A stretch of DNA of 64,000 bases from assembly GCF_009914755.1 (NCBI RefSeq), contig NC_060930.1; one strand, given 5' to 3'. The stretch is from the human T2T-CHM13v2.0 reference genome, Homo sapiens. Positions 12,229-25,000 of this stretch are shown here, one piece after another (the first letter of the stretch is position 1; every line of letters begins with the position of its first letter). The notes below the pieces were generated by a model. It made no database searches, was not told the DNA's origin, and worked only from the letters and a program-made list of their open reading frames with translations. The position numbers were made by a program, and so were the translations under genes.

Positions 12229-15200
12229 CACACACACGGTGGACCATTTCTCTTGATAGAGCAGTTTTGAAACACTCTTTCTGTAGAATCTGCAAGTGGA
12301 TAATTGGACCTCCTAGAGGCCTTCGTTGGAAACGGGATTTCTTCATCTAAACCTACAGAGAAGAATTCTCAGTAACTTCTTCGGATGTGTGCATTCGACT
12401 CACAGAATGGAACATTCCCTTTGATAGAGCAGTTTTGAGACACCGTTTTTGTAGAATTCCCAAGTGGATATTTAGAGCACTTTGAAGTCTCTGCTAGAAA
12501 AGGAAACATCTTCATGTAAAAAGTAGATAGAATCGTTCTCAGAAAGTGCTTAGTGACGTGTGCGTTCAACTCACAGAGTTTAACGTTTCTTTTGATAGAG
12601 CGTTTCTGAAACACCCTTCTTGTAGTAGCTGCAAGTGGATATTTGGACCTATTGGAGGCCTTCTTTGGAAATGGGATTTCTTCATGTAACTCTAGATTGA
12701 AGAATTCTCAGAAACTCCTTTGTGATGTGTGCATTCAATTCAAAGAGTGAAACCTCCCTTTTCACAGAGCAGTTTTGAAACACTGTATTTGTAGGATTTC
12801 CAAGGGGATATTCATAGCGCATTGAGCCTACGGCGGAAAAAGAAACATCTTCCTATAAAAACTAGACAGAATACTTCTCAGAATCTGCTTTGCGATGTGT
12901 GCGTTCAACTCACAGAGTAAAACTTTTCTTTTGATAGAGCAGTTATGAAACACTCTTTTTGTAGTATTTGCATGTGTATATTTAGAGCGCATTGAAGCCC
13001 ACAGTAGAAAAGGAAATAACTTCACCTAAAACCTAGACAGAAGCAATCTCAGAAACTACTTTGTGATGTGTACATTCAACTCACAGAGTGGAACTTTCCT
13101 CTTTATAGAGCAGTGTTGAAACACTCTTTTTGAAGAAACTGCAAGTGGATATTTGGACCTCTTTGAGGCCTTCGTTGGAAACGGGATTTCTTCCTGTAAC
13201 CCTAGACGGAAGAATTTTCAGAAACCTCATTGTGATGTGTGCGTTCATCTCACAGAGTGGAGTCTTCCGTTTGATAGAGAAGTTTTGAAACCCTGTTCTT
13301 GTAGGATTTCCAAGTGGATATTTAGACCACTTTGAAGCCTATGATAGAAAAGGAAACATCTTCATGGAAAACATAGATAGAATCATTCTCAGAAACAACT
13401 TTGTGATGTGTGCGTTGAACTCACCGTCTTTAACCTTTCTTTTGGTAGAGAAGTTTTGAAACACTCTCTTTGTAAAGTCTACAAGTGGATATCTTGAGCC
13501 CTTGGAGGCATTCTTTGGAAAAGAGAATGTCTTCACATAGAAGGCAGACAGAAGTGTTCTCAGAAACTGCTTTGTGATGTCTGTGTTCAACTCACAGAGT
13601 TTAACATTTCCTTTGATAGAGCGGTTTAGTAACACTCTCTTTGTAGAATTTGGAAGTGTATACTAAGAGCGCTTTGAGGCCTATGGTAGAAAAGGAAATA
13701 TCTTTCCATAAAAGCTAGACAGAAGCAATCTCAGAAACTCCTTTGTGATGTCTGCATTCACCTCACCGAGTGGAACATTCCTCTTGATAGAGCAGTTTGG
13801 AAACACTCTTTCTGTAGAATCAGCTTGTTTGTATTTGGACCTCTTTGAGGCCTTCGTTGGAAACGGGTTTTCATCTTATAAACCCAGACAGAAGAATTCT
13901 CAGAGTCTTCTTTGTGATGTGTGCTTTCAACTCACCGAGATAAAGATTTCTCTTGATAGAGCAATTTGGAAACTCTCTTTTTGTAGAATTTGCAAGGGTA
14001 CATTGAGAGCGCTTTCAGGCCTATGGTAGAAAAGGGAATATCTTTCCATAAAAGGTAGACAGAAGCAATCTCAGAAACTACTTTGTGATGTGTACATTCA
14101 ACTCACAGAGTGGAACTTTCCTCTTTATAGAGCAGTGTTGAAACACTCTTTTTGTAGAAATTGCAAGTGGATATTTGGACCTCTTTGAGGCCTTCGTTGG
14201 AAACGGGATTTCTTCCTGTAACCCTAGACAGAAGAATTTTCAGAAACCTCATTGTGATGTGTGCGTTCATCTCACAGAGTGGAGTCTTCCGTTTGATAGA
14301 GAAGTTTTGAAACCCTGTTCTTGTAGGATTTCCAAGTGGATATTTAGACCACTTTGAAGCCTATGATAGAAAAGGAAACATCTTCATGGAAAACATAGAT
14401 AGAATCATTCTCAGAAACAACTTTGTGATGTGTGCGTTGAACTCACCGTCTTTAACCTTTCTTTTGGTAGAGAAGTTTTGAAACACTCTCTTTGTAAAGT
14501 CTACAAGTGGATATTTTGAGCCCTTGGAGGCATTCTTTGGAAAAGGGAATGTCTTCACATAAAAGGCAGACAGAAGTGTTCTCAGAAACTGCTTTGTGAT
14601 GTCTGTGTTCAACTCACAGAGTTTAACATTTCCTTTGATAGAGCGGTTTAGTAACCCTCTCTTTGTAGAATTTGGAAGTGTATACTAAGAGCGCTTTGAG
14701 GCCTATGGTAGAAAAGGAAATATCTTTCCATAAAAGCTAGACAGAAGCAATCTCAGAAACTCCTTTGTGATGTCTGCATTCAACTCACCGAGTGGAACAT
14801 TCCTCTTGATAGAGCAGTTTGGAAACACTCTTTCTGTAGAATCAGCTTGTTTGTATTTGGACCTCCTTGAGGCCTTCGTTGGAAACGGGTTTTCATCTTA
14901 TAAACCCAGACAGAAGAATTCTCAGAGTCTTCTTTGTGATGTGTGCTTTCAACTCACCGAGATAAAGATTTCTCTTGATAGAGCAATTTGGAAACACTCT
15001 TTTTGTAGAATTTGCAAGGGTACATTGAGAGCGCTTTCAGGCCTATGGTAGAAAAGGGAATATCTTTCCATAAAAGGTAGACAGAAGCAATCTCAGAAAC
15101 TACTTTGTGATGTGTGCATTCAACTCACCGAGTGCAACGTTCCTCTTGACCGAGCAGTTTGGAAACATTGTTTCTGTAGAATCTGCAAGTGGATATTTGG

Positions 15201-15970
15201 ACCTCTTTGAGGCCTTCGTTGGAAACGGGATTTCTTCCTATAAACCCAGACAGAAGAATTCTCAGAGACTTCTTTGTGATGTGTGAATTCAACTCACAGT
15301 GTGGATCCTTCCTTTTGATAGAGCAGTTTTGAAACCCTGTTTTTGTAGTATTTCCAAGCGGATATTTGGAACGCCTTGAAGCGTATGGTAGAAAAGGAAA
15401 TATCTTCCCATAAAACCTAGACAGAACCAATCTCAGAAACTACTGTGTGATGGCTGCATTCCACACACACGGTGGAACATTTCTCTTGATAGAGCAGTTT
15501 TGAAACACTCTTTCTGTAGAATCTGCAAGTGGATAATTGGACCGCCTTGAGGCCTTCGTTGGAAACGGGATTTCTTCATGTTACTCTAGATAGAAGAATT
15601 CTCAAACACTGCTATGTGATGTTTGCATTCAAGTCACAGAGTGCAACATTCCTCTTGGTAGAGCAGTTGGGAAACACTCCTTTTGTAGAATCTGCAATGG
15701 GATATTTGGACTTCTTTGAGGCCTTCGTTGGAAACGGGATTTCTTCGTATGAATCTAGACAGAAGAATTCTCAGAAACTTCCTTGTGATGTGTGCATTCA
15801 ACTCAGCGAGTGGCACCTTCCTTTGGATACAGCAGTTTTGAAACACTGTTTTTGTAGTATTTCCAAGCGGATATTTAGAGCGCCTTGAAGCCTATGCTAG
15901 AAATGGAAATATCTCCCCATAAAACCAAGACAGAAGCAATCTCAGAAACTAATGTGTGATGGCTGCATTC
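12229..15970 (+). repeat. Structural-variant HOR interval of 3,742 bp (22 monomers: 18 + 6-monomer insertion - 2-monomer deletion)
   Basis: The anchor spacing is 3,742 = 3,057 + 1,022 - 337. The ORF block at 13153/13745 reappears at 14175/14767 (+1,022). The 207-aa pseudo-ORF is cut to 101 aa at 15125-15430. Confidence 0.92.
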
Positions 15971-18900
15971 CACACACACGGTGGACCATTTCTCTTGATA
16001 GAGCAGTTTTGAAACACTCTTTCTGTAGAATCTGCAAGTGGATAATTGGACCTCCTAGAGGTCTTCGTTGGAAACGGGATTTCTTCTTCTAAACCTACAG
16101 AGAAGAATTCTCAGTAACTTCTTCGGATGTGTGCATTCGACTCACAGAATGGAACATTCCCTTTGATAGAGCAGTTTTGAGACACCGTTTTTGTAGAATT
16201 CCCAAGTGGATATTTAGAGCACTTTGAAGTCTCTGCTAGAAAAGGAAACATCTTCATGTAAAAAGTAGATAGAATCGTTCTCAGAAAGTGCTTAGTGACG
16301 TGTGCGTTCAACTCACAGAGTTTAACGTTTCTTTTGATAGAGCGTTTCTGAAACACCCTTCTTGTAGTAGCTGCAAGTGGATATTTGGACCTATTGGAGG
16401 CCTTCTTTGGAAATGGGATTTCTTCATGTAACTCTAGATTGAAGAATTCTCAGAAACTCCTTTGTGATGTGTGCATTCAATTCAAAGAGTGAAACCTCCC
16501 TTTTCACAGAGCAGTTTTGAAACACTGTTTTTGTAGGATTTCCAAGGGGATATTTATAGCGCATTGAGCCTACGGCGGAAAAAGAAACATCTTCCTATAA
16601 AAACTAGACAGAATACTTCTCAGAATCTGCTTTGCGATGTGTGCGTTCAACTCACAGAGTAAAACTTTTCTTTTGATAGAACAGTTTTGAAACACTCTTT
16701 TTGTAGTATTTGCATGTGTATATTTAGAGCGCATTGAAGCCCACAGTAGAAAAGGAAATAACTTCACCTAAAACCTAGACAGAAGCAATCTCAGAAACTA
16801 CTTTGTGATGTGTACATTCAACTCACAGAGTGGAACTTTCCTCTTTATAGAGCAGTGTTGAAACACTCTTTTTGTAGAAACTGCAAGTGGATATTTGGAC
16901 CTCTTTGAGGCCTTCGTTGGAAACGGGATTTCTTCCTGTAACCCTAGACAGAAGAATTTTCAGAAACCTCATTGTGATGTGTGCGTTCATCTCACAGAGT
17001 GGAGTCTTCCGTTTGATAGAGAAGTTTTGAAACCCTGTTCTTGTAGGATTTCCAAGTGGATATTTAGACCACTTTGAAGCCTATGATAGAAAAGGAAACA
17101 TCTTCATGGAAAACATAGATAGAATCATTCTCAGAAACAACTTTGTGATGTGTGCGTTGAACTCACCGTCTTTAACCTTTCTTTTGGTAGAGAAGTTTTG
17201 AAACACTCTCTTTGTAAAGTCTACAAGTGGATATTTTGAGCCCTTGGAGGCATTCTTTGGAAAAGGGAATGTCTTCACATAAAAGGCAGACAGAAGTGTT
17301 CTCAGAAACTGCTTTGTGATGTCTGTGTTCAACTCACAGTGTTTAACATTTCCTTTGATAGAGCGGTTTAGTAACCCTCTCTTTGTAGAATTTGGAAGTG
17401 TATACTAAGAGCGCTTTGAGGCCTATGGTAGAAAAGGAAATATCTTTCCATAAAAGCTAGACAGAAGCAATCTCAGAAACTCCTTTGTGATGTCTGCATT
17501 CAACTCACCGAGTGGAACATTCCTCTTGATAGAGCAGTTTGGAAACACTCTTTCTGTAGAATCAGCTTGTTTGTATTTGGACCTCCTTGAGGCCTTCATT
17601 GGAAACGGGTTTTCATCTCATAAACCCAGACAGAAGAATTCTCAGAGTCTTCTTTGTGATGTGTGCTTTCAACTCACCGAGATAAAGATTTCTCTTGATA
17701 GAGCAATTTGGAAACACTCTTTTTGTAGAATTTGCAAGGGTATATTGAGAGCGCTTTCAGGCCTATGGTAGAAAAGGGAATATCTTTCCATAAAAGGTAG
17801 ACAGAAGCAATCTCAGAAACTACTTTGTGATGTGTGCATTCAACTCACCGAGTGCAACGTTCCTCTTGACCGAGCAGTTTGGAAACATTGTTTCTGTAGA
17901 ATCTGCAAGTGGATATTTGGACCTCTTTGAGGCCTTCGTTGGAAACGGGATTTCTTCCTATAAACCCAGACAGAAGAATTCTCAGAGACTTCTTTGTGAT
18001 GTGTGAATTCAACTCACAGTGTGGATCCTTCCTTTTGATAGAGCAGTTTTGAAACACTGTTTTTGTAGTATTTCCAAGCGGATATTTGGAACGCCTTGAA
18101 GCGTATGGTAGAAAAGGAAATATCTTCCCATAAAACCTAGACAGAACCAATCTCAGAAACGACTTTGTGATGTCTGCATTCAAGTCACAGAGTTGAACAT
18201 TTCTCTTGATAGAGCAGTTTTGAAACCCTCTTTCTGAAGGATCTGCAAGTGGATATTTGGAACTCCTTTGGGTCTTCGTTGGAAACGGGATTTCTTCGTA
18301 TAAATCTACACAGAAGAATTCTCCGAAACTTCTTTGGTTGTGTGCATTCAAGTCACAGAGTGGAAAATTCCTTTGGATAGAGCACTTTGAAACGCTGTGG
18401 TTGTAGTATTTCCAAGCGGATATTAGAGCGCCTTGAGGCCTATGGTAGAAAAGGAAATATCTTCCCATAAAACCTAGACGGAAGCAATCTCAGAAACTAC
18501 TGTGTGATGGCTGCATTCCACACACACGGTGGAATATTTCTCTTGATAGAGCAGTTTTGAAACACTCTTTCTGTAGAATCTGCAAGTGGATAATTGGACC
18601 GCCTTGAGGCCTTCGTTGGAAACGGGATTTCTTCATGTTACTCTAGATAGAAGAATTCTCAAACACTGCTATGTGATGTTTGCATTCAAGTCACAGAGTG
18701 CAACATTCCTCTTGGTAGAGCAGTTGGGAAACACTCCTTTTGTAGAATCTGCAATGGGATATTTGGACTTCTTTGAGGCCTTCGTTGGAAACGGGATTTC
18801 TTCGTATGAATCTAGACAGAAGAATTCTCAGAAACTTCCTTGTGATGTGTGCATTCAACTCAGCGAGTGGCACCTTCCTTTGGATACAGCAGTTTTGAAA

Positions 18901-21900
18901 CACTGTTTTTGTAGTATTTCCAAGCGGATATTTAGAGCGCCTTGAAGCCTATGCTAGAAATGGAAATATCTCCCCATAAAACCAAGACAGAAGCAATCTC
19001 AGAAACTAATGTGTGATGGCTGCATTCCACACACACGGTGGACCATTTCTCTTGATAGAGCAGTTTTGAAACACTCTTTCTGTAGAATCTGCAAGTGGAT
19101 AATTGGACCTCCTAGAGGCCTTCGTTGGAAACGGGATTTCTTCATCTAAACCTACAGAGAAGAATTCTCAGTAACTTCTTCGGATGTGTGCATTCGACTC
19201 ACAGAATGGAACATTCCCTTTGATAGAGCAGTTTTGAGACACCGTTTTTGTAGAATTCCCAAGTGGATATTTAGAGCACTTTGAAGTCTCTGCTAGAAAA
19301 GGAAACATCTTCATGTAAAAAGTAGATAGAATCGTTCTCAGAAAGTGCTTAGTGACGTGTGCGTTCAACTCACAGAGTTTAACGTTTCTTTTGATAGAGC
19401 GTTTCTGAAACACCCTTCTTGTAGTAGCTGCAAGTGGATATTTGGACCTATTGGAGGCCTTCTTTGGAAATGGGATTTCTTCATGTAACTCTAGATTGAA
19501 GAATTCTCAGAAACTCCTTTGTGATGTGTGCATTCAATTCAAAGAGTGAAACCTCCCTTTTCACAGAGCAGTTTTGAAACACTGTTTTTGTAGGATTTCC
19601 AAGGGGATATTTATAGCGCATTGAGCCTACGGCGGAAAAAGAAACATCTTCCTATAAAAACTAGACAGAATACTTCTCAGAATCTGCTTTGCGATGTGTG
19701 CGTTCAACTCACAGAGTAAAACTTTTCTTTTGATAGAGCAGTTATGAAACACTCTTTTTGTAGTATTTGCATGTGTATATTTAGAGCGCATTGAAGCCCA
19801 CAGTAGAAAAGGAAATAACTTCACCTAAAACCTAGACAGAAGCAATCTCAGAAACTACTTTGTGATGTGTACATTCAACTCACAGAGTGGAACTTTCCTC
19901 TTTATAGAGCAGTGTTGAAACACTCTTTTTGAAGAAACTGCAAGTGGATATTTGGACCTCTTTGAGGCCTTCGTTGGAAACGGGATTTCTTCCTGTAACC
20001 CTAGACAGAAGAATTTTCAGAAACCTCATTGTGATGTGTGCGTTCATCTCACAGAGTGGAGTCTTCCGTTTGATAGAGAAGTTTTGAAACCCTGTTCTTG
20101 TAGGATTTCCAAGTGGATATTTAGACCACTTTGAAGCCTATGATAGAAAAGGAAACATCTTCATGGAAAACATAGATAGAATCATTCTCAGAAACAACTT
20201 TGTGATGTGTGCGTTGAACTCACCGTCTTTAACCTTTCTTTTGGTAGAGAAGTTTTGAAACACTCTCTTTGTAAAGTCTACAAGTGGATATTTTGAGCCC
20301 TTGGAGGCATTCTTTGGAAAAGGGAATGTCTTCACATAAAAGGCAGACAGAAGTGTTCTCAGAAACTGCTTTGTGATGTCTGTGTTCAACTCACAGAGTT
20401 TAACATTTCCTTTGATAGAGCGGTTTAGTAACCCTCTCTTTGTAGAATTTGGAAGTGTATACTAAGAGCGCTTTGAGGCCTATGGTAGAAAAGGAAATAT
20501 CTTTCCATAAAAGCTAGACAGAAGCAATCTCAGAAACTCCTTTGTGATGTCTGCATTCAACTCACCGAGTGGAACATTCCTCTTGATAGAGCAGTTTGGA
20601 AACACTCTTTCTGTAGAATCAGCTTGTTTGTATTTGGACCTCCTTGAGGCCTTCGTTGGAAACGGGTTTTCATCTTATAAACCCAGACAGAAGAATTCTC
20701 AGAGTCTTCTTTGTGATGTGTGCTTTCAACTCACCGAGATAAAGATTTCTCTTGATAGAGCAATTTGGAAACACTCTTTTTGTAGAATTTGCAAGGGTAC
20801 ATTGAGAGCGCTTTCAGGCCTATGGTAGAAAAGGGAATATCTTTCCATAAAAGGTAGACAGAAGCAATCTCAGAAACTACCTTGTGATGTGTGCATTCAA
20901 CTCACCGAGTGCAACGTTCCTCTTGACCGAGCAGTTTGGAAACATTGTTTCTGTAGAATCTGCAAGTGGATATTTGGACCTCTTTGAGGCCTTCGTTGGA
21001 AACGGGATTTCTTCCTATAACCCCAGACAGAAGAATTCTCAGAGACTTCTTTGTGATGTGTGAATTCAACTCACAGTGTGGATCCTTCCTTTTGATAGAG
21101 CAGTTTTGAAACCCTGTTTTTGTAGTATTTCCAAGCGGATATTTGGAACGCCTTGAAGCGTATGGTAGAAAAGGAAATATCTTCCCATAAAACCTAGACA
21201 GAACCAATCTCAGAAACGACTTTGTGATGACTGCATTCAAGTCACAGAGTTGAACATTTCTCTTGATAGAGCAGTTTTGAAACCCTCTTTCTGAAGGATC
21301 TGCAAGTGGATATTTGGAACTCCTTTGGGTCTTCGTTGGAAACGGGATTTCTTCGTATAAATCTAGACAGAAGAATTCTCCGAAACTTCTTTGGTTGTGT
21401 GCATTCAAGTCACAGAGTGGAACCTTCCTTTGGATAGAGCAGTTTGAAACGCTGTGGTTGTAGTATTTCCAAGCGGATATTAGAGCGCCTTGAGGCCTAT
21501 GGTAGAAAAGGAAATATCTTCCCATAAAACCTAGACGGAAGCAATCTCAGAAACTACTGTGTGATGGCTGCATTCCACACACACGGTGGAACATTTCTCT
21601 TGATAGAGCAGTTTTGAAACACTCTTTCTGTAGAATCTGCAAGTGGATAATTGGACCGCCTTGAGGCCTTCGTTGGAAACGGGATTTCTTCATGTTACTC
21701 TAGATAGAAGAATTCTCAAACACTGCTATGTGATGTTTGCATTCAAGTCACAGAGTGCAACATTCCTCTTGGTAGAGCAGTTGGGAAACACTCCTTTTGT
21801 AGAATCTGCAATGGGATATTTGGACTTCTTTGAGGCCTTCGTTGGAAACGGGATTTCTTCGTATGAATCTAGACAGAAGAATTCTCAGAAACTTCCTTGT

Positions 21901-22084
21901 GATGTGTGCATTCAACTCAGCGAGTGGCACCTTCCTTTGGATACAGCAGTTTTGAAACACTGTTTTTGTAGTATTTCCAAGCGGATATTTAGAGCGCCTT
22001 GAAGCCTATGCTAGAAATGGAAATATCTCCCCATAAAACCAAGACAGAAGCAATCTCAGAAACTAATGTGTGATGGCTGCATTC
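15971..22084 (+). repeat. Two canonical-length 18-mer HORs (15971-19027, 19028-22084)
   Basis: Anchors at 15971, 19028 and 22085; period 3,057. Confidence 0.93.
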
Positions 22085-25000
22085 CACACACACGGTGGAC
22101 CATTTCTCTTGATAGAGCAGTTTTGAAACACTCTTTCTGTAGAATCTGCAAGTGGATAATTGGACCTCCTAGAGGCCTTCGTTGGAAACGGGATTTCTTC
22201 ATCTAAACCTACAAAGAATTCTCAGTAACTTCTTCGGATGTGTGCATTCGACTCACAGAATGGAACATTCCCTTTGATAGAGCAGTTTTGAGACACCGTT
22301 TTTGTAGAATTCCCAAGTGGATATTTAGAGCACTTTGAAGTCTCTGCTGGAAAAGGAAACATCTTCATGTAAAAAGTAGATAGAATCGTTCTCAGAAAGT
22401 GCTTAGTGACGTGTGCGTTCAACTCACAGAGTTTAACGTTTCTTTTGATAGAGCGTTTCTGAAACACCCTTCTTGTAGTAGCTGCAAGTGGATATTTGGA
22501 CCTATTGGAGGCCTTCTTTGGAAATGGGATTTCTTCATGTAACTCTAGATTGAAGAATTCTCAGAAACTCCTTTGTGATGTGTGCATTCAATTCAAAGAG
22601 TGAAACCTCCCTTTTCACAGAGCAGTTTTGAAACACTGTTTTTGTAGGATTTCCAAGGGGATATTTATAGCGCATTGAGCCTACGGCGGAAAAAGAAACA
22701 TCTTCCTATAAAAACTAGACAGAATACTTCTCAGAATCTGCTTTGCGATGTGTGCGTTCAACTCACAGAGTAAAACTTTTCTTTTGATAGAGCAGTTTTG
22801 AAACACTCTTTTTGTAGTATTTGCATGTGTATATTTAGAGCGCATTGAAGCCCACAGTAGAAAAGGAAATAACTTCACCTAAAACCTAGACAGAAGCAAT
22901 CTCAGAAACTACTTTGTGATGTGTACATTCAACTCACAGAGTGGAACTTTCCTCTTTATAGAGCAGTGTTGAAACACTCTTTTTGTAGAAACTGCAAGTG
23001 GATATTTGGACCTCTTTGAGGCCTTCGTTGGAAACGGGATTTCTTCCTGTAACCCTAGACAGAAGAATTTTCAGAAACCTCATTGTGATGTGTGCGTTCA
23101 TCTCACAGAGTGGAGTCTTCCGTTTGATAGAGAAGTTTTGAAACCCTGTTCTTGTAGGATTTCCAAGTGGATATTTAGACCACTTTGAAGCCTATGATAG
23201 AAAAGGAAACATCTTCATGGAAAACATAGATAGAATCATTCTCAGAAACAACTTTGTGATGTGTGCGTTGAACTCACCGTCTTTAACCTTTCTTTTGGTA
23301 GAGAAGTTTTGAAACACTCTCTTTGTAAAGTCTACAAGTGGATATTTTGAGCCCTTGGAGGCATTCTTTGGAAAAGGGAATGTCTTCACATAAAAGGCAG
23401 ACAGAAGTGTTCTCAGAAACTGCTTTGTGATGTCTGTGTTCAACTCACAGAGTTTAACATTTCCTTTGATAGAGCGGTTTAGTAACCCTCTCTTTGTAGA
23501 ATTTGGAAGTGTATACTAAGAGCGCTTTGAGGCCTATGGTAGAAAAGGAAATATCTTTCCATAAAAGCTAGACAGAAGCAATCTCAGAAACTCCTTTGTG
23601 ATGTCTGCATTCAACTCACCGAGTGGAACATTCCTCTTGATAGAGCAGTTTGGAAACACTCTTTCTGTAGAATCAGCTTGTTTGTATTTGGACCTCCTTG
23701 AGGCCTTCGTTGGAAACGGGTTTTCATCTTATAAACCCAGACAGAAGAATTCTCAGAGTCTTCTTTGTGATGTGTGCTTTCAACTCACCGAGATAAAGAT
23801 TTCTCTTGATAGAGCAATTTGGAAACACTCTTTTTGTAGAATTTGCAAGGGTACATTGAGAGCGCTTTCAGGCCTATGGTAGAAAAGGGAATATCTTTCC
23901 ATAAAAGGTAGACAGAAGCAATCTCAGAAACTACCTTGTGATGTGTGCATTCAACTCACCGAGTGCAACGTTCCTCTTGACCGAGCAGTTTGGAAACATT
24001 GTTTCTGTAGAATCTGCAAGTGGATATTTGGACCTCTTTGAGGCCTTCGTTGGAAACGGGATTTCTTCCTATAACCCCAGACAGAAGAATTCTCAGAGAC
24101 TTCTTTGTGATGTGTGAATTCAACTCACAGTGTGGATCCTTCCTTTTGATAGAGCAGTTTTGAAACCCTGTTTTTGTAGTATTTCCAAGCGGATATTTGG
24201 AACGCCTTGAAGCGTATGGTAGAAAAGGAAATATCTTCCCATAAAACCTAGACAGAACCAATCTCAGAAACGACTTTGTGATGACTGCATTCAAGTCACA
24301 GAGTTGAACATTTCTCTTGATAGAGCAGTTTTGAAACCCTCTTTCTGAAGGATCTGCAAGTGGATATTTGGAACTCCTTTGGGTCTTCGTTGGAAACGGG
24401 ATTTCTTCGTATAAATCTAGACAGAAGAATTCTCCGAAACTTCTTTGGTTGTGTGCATTCAAGTCACAGAGTGGAACCTTCCTTTGGATAGAGCAGTTTG
24501 AAACGCTGTGGTTGTAGTATTTCCAAGCGGATATTAGAGCGCCTTGAGGCCTATGGTAGAAAAGGAAATATCTTCCCATAAAACCTAGACGGAAGCAATC
24601 TCAGAAACTACTGTGTGATGGCTGCATTCCACACACACGGTGGAACATTTCTCTTGATAGAGCAGTTTTGAAACACTCTTTCTGTAGAATCTGCAAGTGG
24701 ATAATTGGACCGCCTTGAGGCCTTCGTTGGAAACGGGATTTCTTCATGTTACTCTAGATAGAAGAATTCTCAAACACTGCTATGTGATGTTTGCATTCAA
24801 GTCACAGAGTGCAACATTCCTCTTGGTAGAGCAGTTGGGAAACACTCCTTTTGTAGAATCTGCAATGGGATATTTGGACTTCTTTGAGGCCTTCGTTGGA
24901 AACGGGATTTCTTCGTATGAATCTAGACAGAAGAATTCTCAGAAACTTCCTTGTGATGTGTGCATTCAACTCAGCGAGTGGCACCTTCCTTTGGATACAG

